This document shows positions 62,050 to 64,000 of a stretch of DNA of 64,000 bases, in pieces. The translations under genes and the position numbers were made by a program. The DNA lies in contig NC_043000.1 of the NCBI RefSeq assembly GCF_006345805.1, positions 147,126,001-147,190,000 of the forward strand. Reading direction: 5' to 3'. The notes under the pieces were generated by a model that was not told the origin of the DNA, searched no databases, and saw only the letters and a program-made list of their open reading frames with translations. This stretch comes from Octopus sinensis (taxonomy: Eukaryota). Position 1 is the first letter of the stretch; each line of letters begins with the position of its first letter.

Positions 62050-63510
62050 GTACGACCTAGATATGCTCAGTCACCCCCCTAAAGCAATAAATAAAAATAC
62101 CCTACTAGTATCCTTCGATGTAGTCAACCTCTATTCTAATATATCACACAGCCTAGAAATAGAGGTAATCCAATTTTGGCTAGAGAATTACGCCAATGAA
62201 CTCCCACATCGCTTTCAACGAGCCCTAGAACTCAACATCCATGAACTCAGACATCTCAAACTAAAGAAGGATTTACAACAAAAAGCCCTACCATACATCT
62301 CCACACACAACCCCTTAACAGTGAATCCTTCGACATCATCCTCCAGAACATTCCTCTACTAAAAAGGGACCACGGAATGAATTTAATCCTCCAAACGCAC
62401 ACCATCATAAAGGGAAGAAGACAGCCTAAATCTATGAAAAGTCTCCTAACACAAGCCCAAGTACACTCATCAACAACACTGACGCAATCAGTAAAAAAAT
62501 GCAGAAGACTTAAATGTGGTATATGCGTCGACCTAATTGAGGGATCGGAGTTCTCCATCAAACAAGGTCAACGTTTTACAGTGAAAAACAACTTCACGTG
62601 TGCTTCGAAAAACCTAATATATGTACTAACTTGTATTGGGTGTCATAGGTCAAACCAAAAACAGTCTACGCCAAAGGATGACCCTACATAGATCCCAGAT
62701 TAAATTTCAAGAATACAGAAAAATATCATTCAGCGAACACATCGTCATTTGCGCCACTGACGAACAACCCAGCTTCAGAATTTTTCCCCTCTATAAATTC
62801 AGGTATGATGGAACCTATAATCAGTGTATTAGCAAAGAGTCATATTTTATTGCAAAATATAAACCCCTTTTGAATGCTTCAACCACAAATGACACTATTA
62901 CAAGGGCCTTAGAATAATACCCACGCAAATATTAAAAACGATATATTCAGAACAGTCACTACCCATGAATTTATTCAGAATGATTCCGATCACTACTAGT
63001 ATAACCACAACAGGTCACTTTTATGTCACTTGACCATTTAAGAAGACTTTACTAACAGCCTATTACTGCCACACCACCTCCGTCTTTTTCTTATACTCTC
63101 TCTCTCTCTCTTCTTTTCCTACTCTTCGTATTCTCCTTCCTCTTCTTCCTCCTCTTCTTCTTCATCTTCACCGTCTCCTTCCTTGGCTACTACTGCTTAA
63201 ACAATCAAAACCAAGAACCCACAACCCTCATATTAAATATTTCTTCAGACCTGCTACTGCCTACCTACCGAGCCTTCACAAAAGTAAAAGAGAGAGAAAA
63301 AAAGAAAAAAGGAAAATGTCCCAAGTAATTGAAAACTATGGAAATACTTTAAAAAAATATTTCCCTTAATTTTTCCACAATCTATTCTTTTTTTTTTTTT
63401 ACATGCTTTACTCAAAGTTGAAAAAGTCGCAAAGGCTGGAACCGGTACTAAAATGTACTACACGATAAAATTATTTTAGCATTTTCTACCTTGTCCTATT
63501 TTCCTTATAC
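62050..63510 (+). mobile_element. Internally deleted Penelope-like element (same family as 24600-26060) with GIY-YIG domain and 3' terminal region
   Basis: DLDML...SFDVVNLYSN...ENYANELPHR is fused near 62212 to FQRALELN...LPYISTHNP; LIYVLTCIGC and GQTKNSLRQRMTLH follow; the 3' end is partly duplicated in inverted orientation at ~61750-61840. Confidence 0.9.
63417..63449 (+). ncRNA. Decayed hammerhead-like motif in the PLE 3' terminal region
   Basis: TTGAAAA-AGTC-GCAAA-GGCT-GGAA-CCGG-TA; three transitions from the consensus core, ACCGGT stem III, weak stem I. Confidence 0.4.
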
Positions 63511-63540
63511 ATATCAACTCGTGTGTTACTTTTCAACCTT

Positions 63541-63662
<122 letters not shown>

Positions 63663-63699
63663 CACACATACATACAAACACACAGAAACATTTTAACTG

Positions 63700-63895
63700 A
63701 ATTGATAGCGAAGGCGCGTGCATGGCTCAGTAGTATCGGTTTTTGCCTTTCCCTTGGATAACATCGGTGACGTGGAGAAAGGAGGCTAGTATACATGGGC
63801 GACTGCTGGTCTTCCAATGCTACCAGGGCTTCTACCTTGGACGGGAACTTTCTGGAGCAATCCCATGATCATTCATGACCGAAGGGAGTCTTTAA
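63700..63895 (+). mobile_element. SINE family D 3' fragment
   Basis: CATGGGCGACTGCTG.TCTTCC...CAATCCCATG shared with 47210-47310. Confidence 0.7.
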
Positions 63896-64000
63896 CCTAA
63901 CTGAATTGATGCAAGAACGGAAGTACACACAAATACTATTTCTTATTTATAGTTGGCGTAGATGTCGCCACGTGCTTACTCTTTTTTCTTTTCTTTCTCA

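Noticed and set aside
61730-62362. 210-aa ORF, the longest in the track
   Set aside because: Microsatellite-derived N-terminus fused in frame to a deleted PLE RT fragment.

Overview
AT-rich, microsatellite-saturated eukaryotic genomic DNA. The SINE families resemble those I recall from octopus, so a coleoid cephalopod origin is likely but inferred. Most of the window is transposable elements: several tRNA-derived SINE families, a near full-length frameshifted CR1-group LINE (~16.56-21.07 kb) whose ORF1 has a Myb/SANT-like domain, R4/Dong-type and RTE fragments, four decayed Penelope-like elements (PLEs), a DD37E Tc1-family element with ~318-bp IR/DR ends, mariner derivatives and a hAT MITE. 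The only host gene I recognise is a solitary histone H1 copy (minus strand, 40129-40605) with a histone stem-loop and a premature stop. The most striking signal is a set of seven type I hammerhead ribozyme motifs in PLE ends and short (TA)n-associated elements. One has a fully intact core (61455-61542) and sits directly behind an 83-bp antisense copy of its own 5' half, back-to-back with a second hammerhead on the opposite strand. All calls were made by eye; no searches or folding programs were run.
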